DNA from: Minisyncoccota bacterium
GTDB lineage: Bacteria > Patescibacteriota > Minisyncoccia > Phycocordibacterales > JBAZVT01
DNA: 64,000 nucleotides
NCBI GenBank assembly: GCA_041660745.1
Contig: JBAZVT010000003.1
Coordinates: forward strand, 1,880 to 65,879
Direction: 5' to 3'
Shown here: in pieces, positions 27,671-37,250 of the stretch
Numbering within the stretch: position 1 is the first letter of the stretch
Layout of the letters: each line of letters begins with the position of its first letter
Translations under genes and position numbers: made by a program
Notes under the pieces: generated by a model
Database searches by the model: none
What the model saw: only the letters and a program-made list of their open reading frames with translations
What the model was told of the DNA's origin: nothing

Positions 27671-29047
27671 ATGAGAATTCTATTCATCTCAAACGACCTT
27701 ATAGCTGGAAATCTCGCCTATCGCCTCAAACAAGAAGGTCATGATGTTAAGTTGTTCGTTGAAGAACCCCTCAGTAAAGAATGCTTCTCTGGATTAGTAG
27801 AAAAAATCGAAGATTGGAAAAAGGAACTTGATTGGGTTGGAAAAGACGGGTTGATTGTTTTTGATGACGCAGGATACGGTGAAATGCAAGAAAAGCTTCG
27901 TAACGATGGCTATACTGTATTTGGCGGTTGCTATGTTGGCGACAAACTTGAAACAGAAAGAGAGTACGGCCAAGCAATCTTCAAAGAATACGGCCTCAAG
28001 ACAGCTCCCCTCAAAAACTTTTCTTCTGTCCAAGATGCAATTGCATATGTAAAGAAAAATGGTGGGTCCTGGGTTATCAAACAAAACAACCACAACTTCA
28101 AACATCTCAGCTACGTGGGTAAATTTGAGGACGGAAGAGATATTGTTAACGTTCTAGAAAACTACGAACTACGCAACGGAGAGATAGACAAAATTACTCT
28201 GCATAAAAAGATTGAAGGCGTGGAAATAGGAGTGGGTAGATATTTTAATGGAACAGACTGGGTAGGGCCAATAGAATATAATATAGAACATACGAAACTA
28301 TTCCCTGGCTGTATTGGACCGACAACGAGCGAAATGGGAACTCTTGCTTGGTATGACGATGATGAATCAGGCAAACTTTTTAAAGAAAATTTAAATCTTC
28401 TCAAGCCATTCCTGCAACATATAGGCTATCGAGGTGATTTTGAAGTCAATTTTATAGTTAACGAGACGGGTGCATATCCACTGGAAGCAACCGCGCGTCT
28501 CGGCACCCCCATCATTCATTTGCATGATGAGATACACGAGAGTCCATGGGGAGAATTTTTATATGCCATCGCCCGTGGTGAACAATATGATTTAAAATAC
28601 AAGAAAGGATTTGGTATTGTCGTTGTTATTGCCACTCCCCCATTCCCATACTCAGAACGTGCTTACAATAGACTTTCAAACAACAACTCATACCGCTACA
28701 ACATATATTTTGATCACGAGATGAGCGCAGAAGAAATGAGCCATATTCATTTTGAAGAGGTGGCTGTGCGTGCTACTGATCCAAAACAACTCTATGTTGC
28801 AGACAGCCGAGGTAATGTTCTCTATGTTACTGGTATGGGACAAACAATCCAGGAAGCACGGGATATCACCTACGAAAAAATAAAACCGATTGTTATTCCT
28901 AAAATGTTCTACAGAAACGATATCGGAGTCGAATTTGAAAAAAATAGTCTTGGAAAACTTAAGGAATGGGGCTACATAGCCGACGGAGAAAAAAGTGAGG
29001 TAGCAGAAATGAACACAATTAGTGAGAAAACGATCGTAGGAATATAA
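27671..29047 (+). CDS. PurD-like ATP-grasp enzyme (phosphoribosylamine-glycine ligase homologue)
   Basis: Collinear with PurD: MRILFISN, LETEREYGQAIFKEYGLKTAP, GGSWVIKQNN, EHTKLFPGCIGPTTSEMGT and FEVNFIVNETGAYPLEATARLGTP. It is divergent, so true GARS activity is uncertain. Confidence 0.6.
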   Translation: MRILFISNDLIAGNLAYRLKQEGHDVKLFVEEPLSKECFSGLVEKIEDWKKELDWVGKDGLIVFDDAGYGEMQEKLRNDGYTVFGGCYVGDKLETEREYGQAIFKEYGLKTAPLKNFSSVQDAIAYVKKNGGSWVIKQNNHNFKHLSYVGKFEDGRDIVNVLENYELRNGEIDKITLHKKIEGVEIGVGRYFNGTDWVGPIEYNIEHTKLFPGCIGPTTSEMGTLAWYDDDESGKLFKENLNLLKPFLQHIGYRGDFEVNFIVNETGAYPLEATARLGTPIIHLHDEIHESPWGEFLYAIARGEQYDLKYKKGFGIVVVIATPPFPYSERAYNRLSNNNSYRYNIYFDHEMSAEEMSHIHFEEVAVRATDPKQLYVADSRGNVLYVTGMGQTIQEARDITYEKIKPIVIPKMFYRNDIGVEFEKNSLGKLKEWGYIADGEKSEVAEMNTISEKTIVGI

Positions 29048-29063
29048 TTCGCATCCAAAAGAA

Positions 29064-29092
29064 CAAAAAACCGCCACACGGCGGTTTTTTGT
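29064..29092. terminator. Bidirectional terminator
   Basis: An A6 run, then ACCGCC paired with GGCGGT, then T6. Confidence 0.7.
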
Positions 29093-29104
29093 TACAGACT
29101 ATTT

Positions 29105-30094
29105 TTATGTTTCTAAAAGCTCTCGTATCCCATCTTCAATATTCACTGTTGGCTTCCAGTCGAGAAGTTTCTTAGCAAGCGCATTATCAGCAAGAGTGTG
29201 TTTCGGTTCTAAACGTCCAGAAATATGTTCAACGGGACCGCCAATAAGCTCGGCAATTTTATTAATTGAAACATTATTCCCCGCCCCAATATTTATCACC
29301 TCACCCTTCCCCACCTTATCACTTTCCATTGCCAAGATATTTGCTCGCACAACATCACGCACATGAGTAAAATCGCGAGTCTGTTTACCATCTCCAACAA
29401 TAGTCATTGGCTTCCCTACCTGTCGCTGTTTCAAAAAACTCGGGATTACAAGTGCATATGCACCCTCAGAACTCTGCCTCAAACCATATACATTAAAATA
29501 TCTGAGACTGACTGTAGGCACCCTGTACACCTCGCTCCATGTCTTGCAATATATTTCTCCAACATATTTTTGTAAGCCATAGGGACTCTTGGGCATTGCA
29601 GTCATAGACTCAACCAGTGGCATTGTTGGTTGGTCACCATATACAGAACTTGAAGCAGAATAAATAAGTTTTTTGACCCCTGCCCATCTACATGCCTCAA
29701 GCACATTTATTGTTCCGCCAATATTAACTTCGTTTGTTTCCTGAGGATGTTCTATAGAATACTGAACGCGAGGCAAAGCAGCACAATGGAAGACGTACTG
29801 AACATCTTTAAATACTTTCTTTATTGATTCCAGACTACACACATCGGCAATATGAAGTGTTGCTTTTTTGTTCACATTTTCTCTCCTCCCTTCAGATAAA
29901 TTATCTATAATATGCACATTGAAACCTCTTTCAACTAATGCATCAACTATATTAGAGCCAATAAAACCGGCACCGCCGGTTACAACAACTTTTATAGTTG
30001 ATGGCGGGATAGTGACTCGTTTTAGTCTACTTCGTTTTGTATTTTTATTTTTCATTATCATCATAGGAAGAGACATTATAACGTATCTAGACAA
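29105..30094 (-). CDS. NAD-dependent sugar-nucleotide epimerase/dehydratase (SDR), paralogue A
   Basis: VVTGGAGFIGSN Rossmann motif and the YGLQK catalytic Tyr-x3-Lys. The true start is probably an internal Met (MIMKNKN...). Confidence 0.9.
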   Translation of the reverse strand: MSRYVIMSLPMMIMKNKNTKRSRLKRVTIPPSTIKVVVTGGAGFIGSNIVDALVERGFNVHIIDNLSEGRRENVNKKATLHIADVCSLESIKKVFKDVQYVFHCAALPRVQYSIEHPQETNEVNIGGTINVLEACRWAGVKKLIYSASSSVYGDQPTMPLVESMTAMPKSPYGLQKYVGEIYCKTWSEVYRVPTVSLRYFNVYGLRQSSEGAYALVIPSFLKQRQVGKPMTIVGDGKQTRDFTHVRDVVRANILAMESDKVGKGEVINIGAGNNVSINKIAELIGGPVEHISGRLEPKHTLADNALAKKLLDWKPTVNIEDGIRELLET

Positions 30095-30237
30095 CCAGTC
30101 ACTGTGGATTACTCACAAAAACTACACTAGCCCACAGAATATTTTTTTACGCATGAAAAAATAATTTTTATCCACACACAAAGCCGTTCGCTGATAAGCG
30201 AACGGCTTTGTGATTTATTTTTCGTTTTCTTTTTCTA

Positions 30238-30320
30238 TTGCCGACGTAGAGCGAACGAACTGAAAAAGTGCTGACTTTTTCAGTTCTGAGCCGAGGAAGG
30301 CATCAAAGGGTAAATACCCT
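30238..30320 (-). repeat. Intergenic structured repeat, family A, copy 2 (reverse orientation)
   Basis: The reverse complement reads GGGTATTTACCCTTTGATGCCTTCCTCGGCTC, then the hairpin GAACTGAAAAAGT/ACTTTTTCAGTTC, then CTCTACGTCGGCAA. It starts directly after the stop codon of the gene at 30321. Confidence 0.85.
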
Positions 30321-31244
30321 TTATTTCTCCATCTCCAACAGCTCCCTTATCCCCTCCTCAATTTTCATTGATGGTTTCCAGCCAAGTAACTTACGGGCAC
30401 GTGAATTATCTGCAAGGGTGTGTTTCGGTTCAAGACGTGCGGGGATATGCTCTGCGGGACCGCCAATGAGTTTGGCGATTTCATTCACGGAAATATTCTG
30501 TCCGGATCCTATATTAATCACCTCGCCCTTCCCCACCTTATCGCTCCCCATCGCTAAAATATTTGCTTGTACAATATCTCGCACATGAGTGAAGTCGCGA
30601 GTCTGTGTACCATCTCCTGTAATAGTCATCTTCTTGCCCTCACGATGCTGTTTGAGAAACCGGGCAATAACAAGTGCATAAGCACCCTCTTCGCTCTGGC
30701 GAGGGCCGTAGGCATTAAAATAGCGCAAACTGACGGTAGACAAGCCATACACCTCACTCCACGTTTTACAATAGAGTTCCCCGACATATTTCTGTAAACC
30801 ATAGGGACTTTTTGGACTGGCAAGCATACCTTCCACAAGAGGCATTTTTGTCTGATCACCATATGCCGCAGATGAGGCGGAATAGATAAGTTTTTTCACC
30901 CCTGAAGCGCGACAGGCCTCAAGCACATTTATTGTTCCGCCAATATTAACCTCGTTTGTTTCTTGAGGATGTTCTATAGAATACTGAACTCGAGGCATCG
31001 CAGCAAGATGGAATACATAGTCAGCACCTTTGAATAATTTTTTCAGAGCTGTGAAATTACAAATATCTGCGACATGAAGATGTGCCTTTTTATGCACATT
31101 CTTTCTCTTCCCCTCCGAAAGATTATCTACAACATGAACATCGAAACCCTTCTCCACAAGTGCATCTGTTAGATTTGAACCTATAAATCCTGCTCCACCA
31201 GTGACGACAACTTTGATTTTTGAATCATTCTTCAATGCAGGCAT
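30321..31244 (-). CDS. NAD-dependent sugar-nucleotide epimerase/dehydratase (SDR), paralogue B
   Basis: Has the same motifs as paralogue A. The two proteins align along their whole length with most residues identical. Confidence 0.9.
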   Translation of the reverse strand: MPALKNDSKIKVVVTGGAGFIGSNLTDALVEKGFDVHVVDNLSEGKRKNVHKKAHLHVADICNFTALKKLFKGADYVFHLAAMPRVQYSIEHPQETNEVNIGGTINVLEACRASGVKKLIYSASSAAYGDQTKMPLVEGMLASPKSPYGLQKYVGELYCKTWSEVYGLSTVSLRYFNAYGPRQSEEGAYALVIARFLKQHREGKKMTITGDGTQTRDFTHVRDIVQANILAMGSDKVGKGEVINIGSGQNISVNEIAKLIGGPAEHIPARLEPKHTLADNSRARKLLGWKPSMKIEEGIRELLEMEK

Positions 31245-31249
31245 AAAAA

Positions 31250-31702
31250 TTAAATATGATTTTTAATGTATTCAAACGCCTCTTTAAACATGTCGCGAGC
31301 ATCGTCAAAAGAAATTGTGGCAAGTGCTTGCTCAAATGGGAACCACTGACAATCACGGATCTCGGAAGGTTGTGGAGTGACAGACTGCCCTGGTGCGATG
31401 CCCACAAAAAATGTGAGTGTCCTGTGATATTTCTTTCCTTCACGCTCAAAGGAATACTCATTTACATACTTAGGCGAGTCTTGTATAAGAACCCCCGTAA
31501 GCCCAGTCTCCTCTCGAAGCTCTCTTTCGGCAGCAGCAACATCGGTTTCATTACCCTCTCGGTGACCCTTTGGGAAAAACCAATTTCCTGTCTTAGAACT
31601 TCGGACAAGTAAAAAGAACAGCTCGTTATCTTTCTTAAACACAGGAATAACCCCGTAAGAACTGTCTTCTATTACAGTTTCGTTTGTAGTCATTTGTTCC
31701 AT
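31250..31702 (-). CDS. NUDIX hydrolase
   Basis: Likely start at MEQMTTNE. The Nudix box is GHREGNETDVAAAERELREETGL. Confidence 0.85.
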   Translation of the reverse strand: MEQMTTNETVIEDSSYGVIPVFKKDNELFFLLVRSSKTGNWFFPKGHREGNETDVAAAERELREETGLTGVLIQDSPKYVNEYSFEREGKKYHRTLTFFVGIAPGQSVTPQPSEIRDCQWFPFEQALATISFDDARDMFKEAFEYIKNHI

Positions 31703-31745
31703 GATAGCATAAAATCGGGGTGTTTTCCTAAACGCCCCGATTTTC

Positions 31746-33137
31746 TTAAACCCCAGTTCGTGAAATAAGAGCCTTGAGCGTTTTAAGTGCAATTTTAATG
31801 TCTAGCACAACAGAGCGATTTTTGATGTAATACAAGTCGTAGGAAAGCTTTGTTTTAGTCTCAGATGCTGCCGCGTCAAACTTGGGCGGAGCGACCTGGT
31901 ACAGCTGTGCCCACCCAGAAAGACCGGGCTTAATTAAGTGGCGGATATTGTAATATGGAATCTCTTTTTCATACACCTTCACAAGTTCCGGCATTTCAGG
32001 ACGAGGACCAATAAGTGACAAGTCCCCTTTCATCACATTCCACAACTGAGGCAACTCATCAATACGAGTCTTACGAAGAAAAGCGCCAACACGAGTAATG
32101 CGACGTGCATTATTACCCTCGCGAAGATCCACAGACATGCTGCGGAATTTAATCACTCGAACAGTTTTGTTGTTTACCCCCACACGCTCTTGAATAAAGA
32201 AAAATGGCTTGCCGTCTTCTATCAAAATCGCAAACATAACAAAAGGAGTAATAATAAGAGCAATGATTCCGAGAATAACAGCAATAATAATATCCATCAC
32301 ACGCTTTAGGGCATCATAGGTCACTTTTGGTGAAACAGAAATGTTTTCCAAAAACCAATTATATCTCACAAGTGAAAGAGGAATCCGATCGAAAATATCC
32401 TCATATATTTTATGCATATCAATAAAATGTACCTTTGAAAAAATGAGATTGTATAATGAGGGCAAAATAGGTTCCACTTTTTCATTACGCAAATCAATGG
32501 CGATCATATGAATATCCTCTCCGTACACCCGAGAGACAATCTCTTGTTGAAAATCAACACCCTGAACCTTGTCCAAGTCTAACGACGACACGAAGCGAAT
32601 ATTATAACGTGAATTATTATTAACCTCCTCCACCAGTTCTTTCATTTCTGAACCAGATGCTACAATAATTGCATTCTCTTTCTTCCCTGCTCCAAAAAAC
32701 TCCACCCCATAAATACGCCATAGAAGCATGAAGCCAAAAGATATAATGAGATATATAAAAAGATTTGTTTTTGGGGTTATTCCAAAGTACGGAATGAAGT
32801 AAAAGAAAAGAACAGCAATAATGCTATTTATTACCTGAGCCTGAAATATAATATGCGGCAATTTCTTTTTAAGAAAAACTGTGTGCTTTTCATAGAGGCC
32901 AGCAATATAGAAGACAGCAATCCACACCGCAAAAAGCATTGAAAACGGTACGGCATGACTCACGAAGAGTTCTTGGGATGGTAATCCACCATATCGGACG
33001 ACGAGCATTATCCATAGAGAAATAAAGAAAAAAATGATATCCCCAAGGAATAGCACGAGTGACTCTTTTTTACCGTTATAAACCATAATGAAGCATACTA
33101 CAACAGTTTTGGCATTTGATAAAGACCTCAAATTCAC
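31746..33137 (-). CDS. Polyprenyl-phosphate sugar-1-phosphate transferase (WbaP/bacterial sugar transferase family)
   Basis: N-terminal TM bundle and a C-terminal Bac_transf domain (VIKFRSM...RIDELPQLWNVMKGDLSLIGPRP). Confidence 0.9.
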   Translation of the reverse strand: MNLRSLSNAKTVVVCFIMVYNGKKESLVLFLGDIIFFFISLWIMLVVRYGGLPSQELFVSHAVPFSMLFAVWIAVFYIAGLYEKHTVFLKKKLPHIIFQAQVINSIIAVLFFYFIPYFGITPKTNLFIYLIISFGFMLLWRIYGVEFFGAGKKENAIIVASGSEMKELVEEVNNNSRYNIRFVSSLDLDKVQGVDFQQEIVSRVYGEDIHMIAIDLRNEKVEPILPSLYNLIFSKVHFIDMHKIYEDIFDRIPLSLVRYNWFLENISVSPKVTYDALKRVMDIIIAVILGIIALIITPFVMFAILIEDGKPFFFIQERVGVNNKTVRVIKFRSMSVDLREGNNARRITRVGAFLRKTRIDELPQLWNVMKGDLSLIGPRPEMPELVKVYEKEIPYYNIRHLIKPGLSGWAQLYQVAPPKFDAAASETKTKLSYDLYYIKNRSVVLDIKIALKTLKALISRTGV

Positions 33138-33235
33138 CGCCCCACCCTAAAAAGGTCGGACCTTTTTATGACAACTTTTGAAATACTTGTCTAGGAATTG
33201 CTGTTTTAAAGGGTTATTTTGTGTATAATACAACA

Positions 33236-34366
33236 ATGAAAAACAAGAAAAAGGTCCTTCATCTCATTACCAAATCCAACTTTGGTGGCGCACAACGGTA
33301 CGTCTTTGACCTAGCGACATCTCTACCGAAAGAAGCGTACGAAACAACTGTAGCATTTGGTGGACATGGAATTCTTGAAGAAAAGCTACACACTGCAGGC
33401 ATACGGACAATCACCATACAAAACCTAGAGCGCAATATTGGTATTTTGAAAGATATCTCACTTGTATTTTCATTACGAAAGTTATTCAAGAGCGAAAAAC
33501 CAGATATTGTACACGTAAATAGCTCAAAAATAGGCGGCGTAGGAGCCTTGGCAGCACGCTGGGCCGGTATTCCGAAAATCGTCTTCACAGCTCACGGCTG
33601 GGCATTCAACGAGCCACGTGGATATTTTTCACAAACAGCCATCAAGTTCCTCTCGTGGCTCACCGTGCTTTTTTCTACCGATGTAATCGTACTTTCACAA
33701 AAAGAATTTGACCAGGCGAGCGATTGGCTCTGCACACAAAAGAAGCTGCGGATCATTCCTACAAGCGTCACGGCGACAACCTTTGCAACCCAGACAGAAT
33801 CACGCAATGCAGTGGCGCCACACATAGAACCGGGGAAAGTATGGCTTGGAAGTATCGCGGAACTGCATCGCAACAAAGGACTCGATATTCTCGTGGATGT
33901 TTTTGCAGAGATTGCACACACATACCCCAACACAGTCTTGGTTTTGATTGGCGGCGGCGAGGAAGAAGAAAATCTCAAGAAAAAAATATCTGAGTATGGG
34001 TTGCAAGAGCGAGTGGTTCTGCCTGGATATATACTCGACGCAAAAAAATATCTTCCAGCGTTTGATATATTTGTACTCCCCTCCCGCAAAGAAGGCTTGC
34101 CGTATGTGATTTTAGAGGCTGGGCAAGCAGGTGTACCAATTATCTCAACAAGTGTTGGGGGAATACCAGAAATAATAGAAGATATGAAAAGTGGCATACT
34201 CGTGCGCCCACAGTCTGTATACGAACTCAAAAAAGGGCTAGAATATGCACTCACCCATTCCGAAGAAATGAAAAAGTATGCGCGAACACTTCAAGAAAAA
34301 ATCACTCAAAATTATTCACTGGAAAAACTTTTAGAAAAAACAGAAGAAGTATATAGAAAAAAATAA
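33236..34366 (+). CDS. Family 4 (GT-B) glycosyltransferase
   Basis: Likely start at MKNKKKVLHLI. The C-terminal EX7E-type region is SRKEGLPYVILEAGQAGVPII. Confidence 0.88.
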   Translation: MKNKKKVLHLITKSNFGGAQRYVFDLATSLPKEAYETTVAFGGHGILEEKLHTAGIRTITIQNLERNIGILKDISLVFSLRKLFKSEKPDIVHVNSSKIGGVGALAARWAGIPKIVFTAHGWAFNEPRGYFSQTAIKFLSWLTVLFSTDVIVLSQKEFDQASDWLCTQKKLRIIPTSVTATTFATQTESRNAVAPHIEPGKVWLGSIAELHRNKGLDILVDVFAEIAHTYPNTVLVLIGGGEEEENLKKKISEYGLQERVVLPGYILDAKKYLPAFDIFVLPSRKEGLPYVILEAGQAGVPIISTSVGGIPEIIEDMKSGILVRPQSVYELKKGLEYALTHSEEMKKYARTLQEKITQNYSLEKLLEKTEEVYRKK

Positions 34367-34410
34367 GGAGAAATAAACCGCGCCCCATGGGGCGCGGTTT
34401 ATTTCTCCTT
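34366..34410. terminator. Bidirectional terminator (20-bp palindrome)
   Basis: AAGGAGAAATAAACCGCGCCCC pairs with GGCGCGGTTTATTTCTCCTT. Confidence 0.75.
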
Positions 34411-34418
34411 ATACTTTA

Positions 34419-35576
34419 TTATGCCCCCACCCCCACAATCTCGTTTCGAGCACTGTCTTTATGTGCTGGGCGACTATATCGACGCATGCCCATCAACAAA
34501 CCAATTGCGCCAAATTCAGTGAGCAAATGTGATCCTCCATAACTCATAAAAGGCACAGTAACACCAGTTACAGGCAACAAACCAATATTCATACCGATAT
34601 GGACAAGAAAATGACTGATAAACAATATAGCAACCCCACACCCGAACAATATCTCAAAATTTGTGGCTCCCCTCACTGCATTTGCAAGAACACGCCAAAT
34701 AATCACTCCGTACAAAACAAACAAAAGCATCACTCCAACATACCCCCACTCTTCAGCAAACGCTGCAAAAATAAAGTCCGTTTCATATTCAGGCAAGAAT
34801 TTTAATCGTGACTGCGTGCCGTAGCCAACACCCTTACCGAGGATCTGTCCCGAACCAACCGCAACTGTTGACTGATACGCATTGTATCCTGTACCACGAA
34901 TATCCGCGAGAGGATGTATAAAATTCATAATACGATTTTTTTGATAATCCTTAAACACCCCTACCCATAACCCACCAAAGACAAGCGCACCAATCAGAAA
35001 CACCGCAAACAAATGCTTTTTATTAATTCCAGAAACGAGCACCATTCCAAGCCAAATACAAAACATAATAATTGCTGATCCAAAATCTGGCTGGAGAAAG
35101 ACGAGCCCGAAGATAATAAACGCGTACACACCCGAAACAAGGATGTGTCGGATGTTGGCAATCTCAATATGTCGTCGCGAAAAATATTTTGCCAATACTA
35201 AAATAAGTATAACCTTGATTGGATCAGAAGGTTGAAACGACACGCCGCCTAGTTTAAACCAACTCTCTGCACCCTTTGTCGCAGTAACAAAGCCCAGAAG
35301 CACAAGGAGCACCACACATGATGAAGCAAATAATGCAACAAGGACACCTGTGCGACGCAAGAAACGAAAATCAATAAAACTAATTCCTATAGAAAAAAAA
35401 GTCATAATAAACACCCACAAAAGTTGTTTTTCAAACTGAAAATTACTTCCAACAAAGGAATTCATTGTTACCATCCCTGCAGCAGCAACAAGAAAAACTG
35501 CACACATAAGAATCCAATCAACAGAAAAGAAACTAGCGAAACGATGTGTGATATTTCTGCGAAAATCTTCTATCAT
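34419..35576 (-). CDS. FtsW/RodA/SpoVE-family peptidoglycan glycosyltransferase
   Basis: 10-TM SEDS protein with motifs SFQPSDPIKV, QPDFGSAII and PFMSYGGSH. Confidence 0.9.
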   Translation of the reverse strand: MIEDFRRNITHRFASFFSVDWILMCAVFLVAAAGMVTMNSFVGSNFQFEKQLLWVFIMTFFSIGISFIDFRFLRRTGVLVALFASSCVVLLVLLGFVTATKGAESWFKLGGVSFQPSDPIKVILILVLAKYFSRRHIEIANIRHILVSGVYAFIIFGLVFLQPDFGSAIIMFCIWLGMVLVSGINKKHLFAVFLIGALVFGGLWVGVFKDYQKNRIMNFIHPLADIRGTGYNAYQSTVAVGSGQILGKGVGYGTQSRLKFLPEYETDFIFAAFAEEWGYVGVMLLFVLYGVIIWRVLANAVRGATNFEILFGCGVAILFISHFLVHIGMNIGLLPVTGVTVPFMSYGGSHLLTEFGAIGLLMGMRRYSRPAHKDSARNEIVGVGA

Positions 35577-35585
35577 AATGGGTTA

Positions 35586-36971
35586 CTATTTCAGACTGGA
35601 ATAAACCCGAGAAACTATTTCTATGGAAGTAGGGCCCTTCTTACAGATAGAAGTGGCAATATTATTATAAATACCTTTCAACTGATCGGTTGTTGCTGCA
35701 GTGTAGAAATGACCAGCCGAACTTGCTGCGTTTTTCAAGAAATCAGAACTCACCTTTGCACCGAGACCGATTGTATAAACTTCCACCCCACTCTCCTTTG
35801 CAGATGAGACGGCTGCCAACGCTTGTTGTTCAGGATATTTTACACTTTCACCAGCAGGATCCCGCGGTAACGTTGCGGCACCATCAGTGAGTAGTACGAG
35901 CACTTTACCCGCACGCTCATTATGTCGCGGCGATTCAAGCTCCTCCCGTGCTTTTGTAATCGCATCCGCGATATTTGTATTTTGCAAAACACCGGTCTTA
36001 ATTGAAATAGCGGTGATAGACTGCTTCAATACATCATACGCATTTGACAAGACGCTCGTTGTTGCGATCGTTGCTTCGTTAGCAAAAGAAACTACACCCG
36101 CCTGATCTTCTTTTCGAAGTTGCCCGAGAAAAGAAGCGGCAGCATTTTTTACATCAGTAAGTGGTTGGGGCGGATTCTTGTTGTCATCAGCCATACTGCC
36201 AGAACGATCCAGCGCAAGCACTATATCCACAGGAACATCACACATACCCTCACCTGCATCTATCGGCATTGGCCATGTAAACGTAACCCTCTTCTTCTCA
36301 CCGCCCAAGAGACCGTCTACAATTGTGCGAGATGAAGCTATGACATTTTCTTTACTATCAAAAATCAAAGCTATAAGTTCTATATTTTGATACGGATCAA
36401 CTCCAGGATTAGACACTGTTACATCCAAACGTGGTGTGGTATCTCTACCCGTGAGAACTGTATTTTCTGTTTTTATTTCAGGTTCTTGTCCTGAAAACTT
36501 TTTCCAAAGTATTTTACCGGGGAACTCAAGCGTCACACGATTAGGTTTTGCTTTGTCCAAGACTAAATTTTGTTCAAAAATAGCAGTACTTTTCCGTGCA
36601 GGAAGAAACGTAACCCCTTCTTTCGTCGCAAGAAGATTGTTCTGCCTATCAAATACTCTAAAAATATATGGGGCACTAACAGCACGAGCAGTAGCGTTTG
36701 GATTTTCTACATACGCAGCCAAACTGTATACATTCCCTTTTATATTAAAAGACCGAGCCCAATGGATAATAGGGTTAATCGTCTGCGCAGTACAAAGCAG
36801 TGAACATGTTCCCCCACAATCAATCCCTTCTTCAACACCATTCTGCTTGCCATCTGCACATGTTGGACGTTGATATATGAGAATCGCTAAAGGAATAGCA
36901 ATAATTAGAAAAACGGTTAAGAAAAAACCGCCGCCATATAACATTTTTCTACGCGTTGCCCATGCTGACAT
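35586..36971 (-). CDS. Membrane-anchored von Willebrand factor A (vWA) domain protein
   Basis: N-terminal TM segment. The MIDAS motif is LALDRSGSM, followed by LLTDGAATLP. Confidence 0.8.
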   Translation of the reverse strand: MSAWATRRKMLYGGGFFLTVFLIIAIPLAILIYQRPTCADGKQNGVEEGIDCGGTCSLLCTAQTINPIIHWARSFNIKGNVYSLAAYVENPNATARAVSAPYIFRVFDRQNNLLATKEGVTFLPARKSTAIFEQNLVLDKAKPNRVTLEFPGKILWKKFSGQEPEIKTENTVLTGRDTTPRLDVTVSNPGVDPYQNIELIALIFDSKENVIASSRTIVDGLLGGEKKRVTFTWPMPIDAGEGMCDVPVDIVLALDRSGSMADDNKNPPQPLTDVKNAAASFLGQLRKEDQAGVVSFANEATIATTSVLSNAYDVLKQSITAISIKTGVLQNTNIADAITKAREELESPRHNERAGKVLVLLTDGAATLPRDPAGESVKYPEQQALAAVSSAKESGVEVYTIGLGAKVSSDFLKNAASSAGHFYTAATTDQLKGIYNNIATSICKKGPTSIEIVSRVYSSLK

Positions 36972-37049
36972 GCGAATATTATATCATATATTAAAATAAC
37001 TATGCGCAACAAAAAACTGCACTCTGGCAGTTTTTAAATCTAAATGAGT

Positions 37050-37200
37050 ATCGAATACTAAGTTCTGGGTCATGCTTCTCCTTCTTACAGAAGCTGTACA
37101 CCTTTTGGATATAATTTCGCAAAACTCAATTCTATCTCAAAAGGTCTTGCGCTGGGGACCCAACCCCAGCTCACCCTCCAATGGAGGGGAAAGTAATAAA
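37050..37200 (-). repeat. 5S trailer duplication / possible decayed 5S fragment
   Basis: The 19-nt string ATCGAATACTAAGTTCTGG occurs at 37050-37068 and 37238-37256; the second copy covers the 5S 3' end plus its flank. ATGGAGGGGAAAGTA at 37181-37195 is the exact complement of 5S positions 37265-37279. Confidence 0.5.
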
Positions 37201-37250
37201 AAAACACTCGAGTGGAGTGCTTTTTTCATCTTCTGTAATCGAATACTAAG

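Noticed and set aside
37130-37200. A tRNA-like fold on the minus strand, with a T-arm-like hairpin TGGGG-TTGGGTC-CCCCA followed by GCGCAAGACC.
   Set aside because: No complementary 5' acceptor strand (CTTGCGC) or anticodon arm could be found, and the T-loop is non-canonical. It is more simply part of the 5S trailer hairpins.
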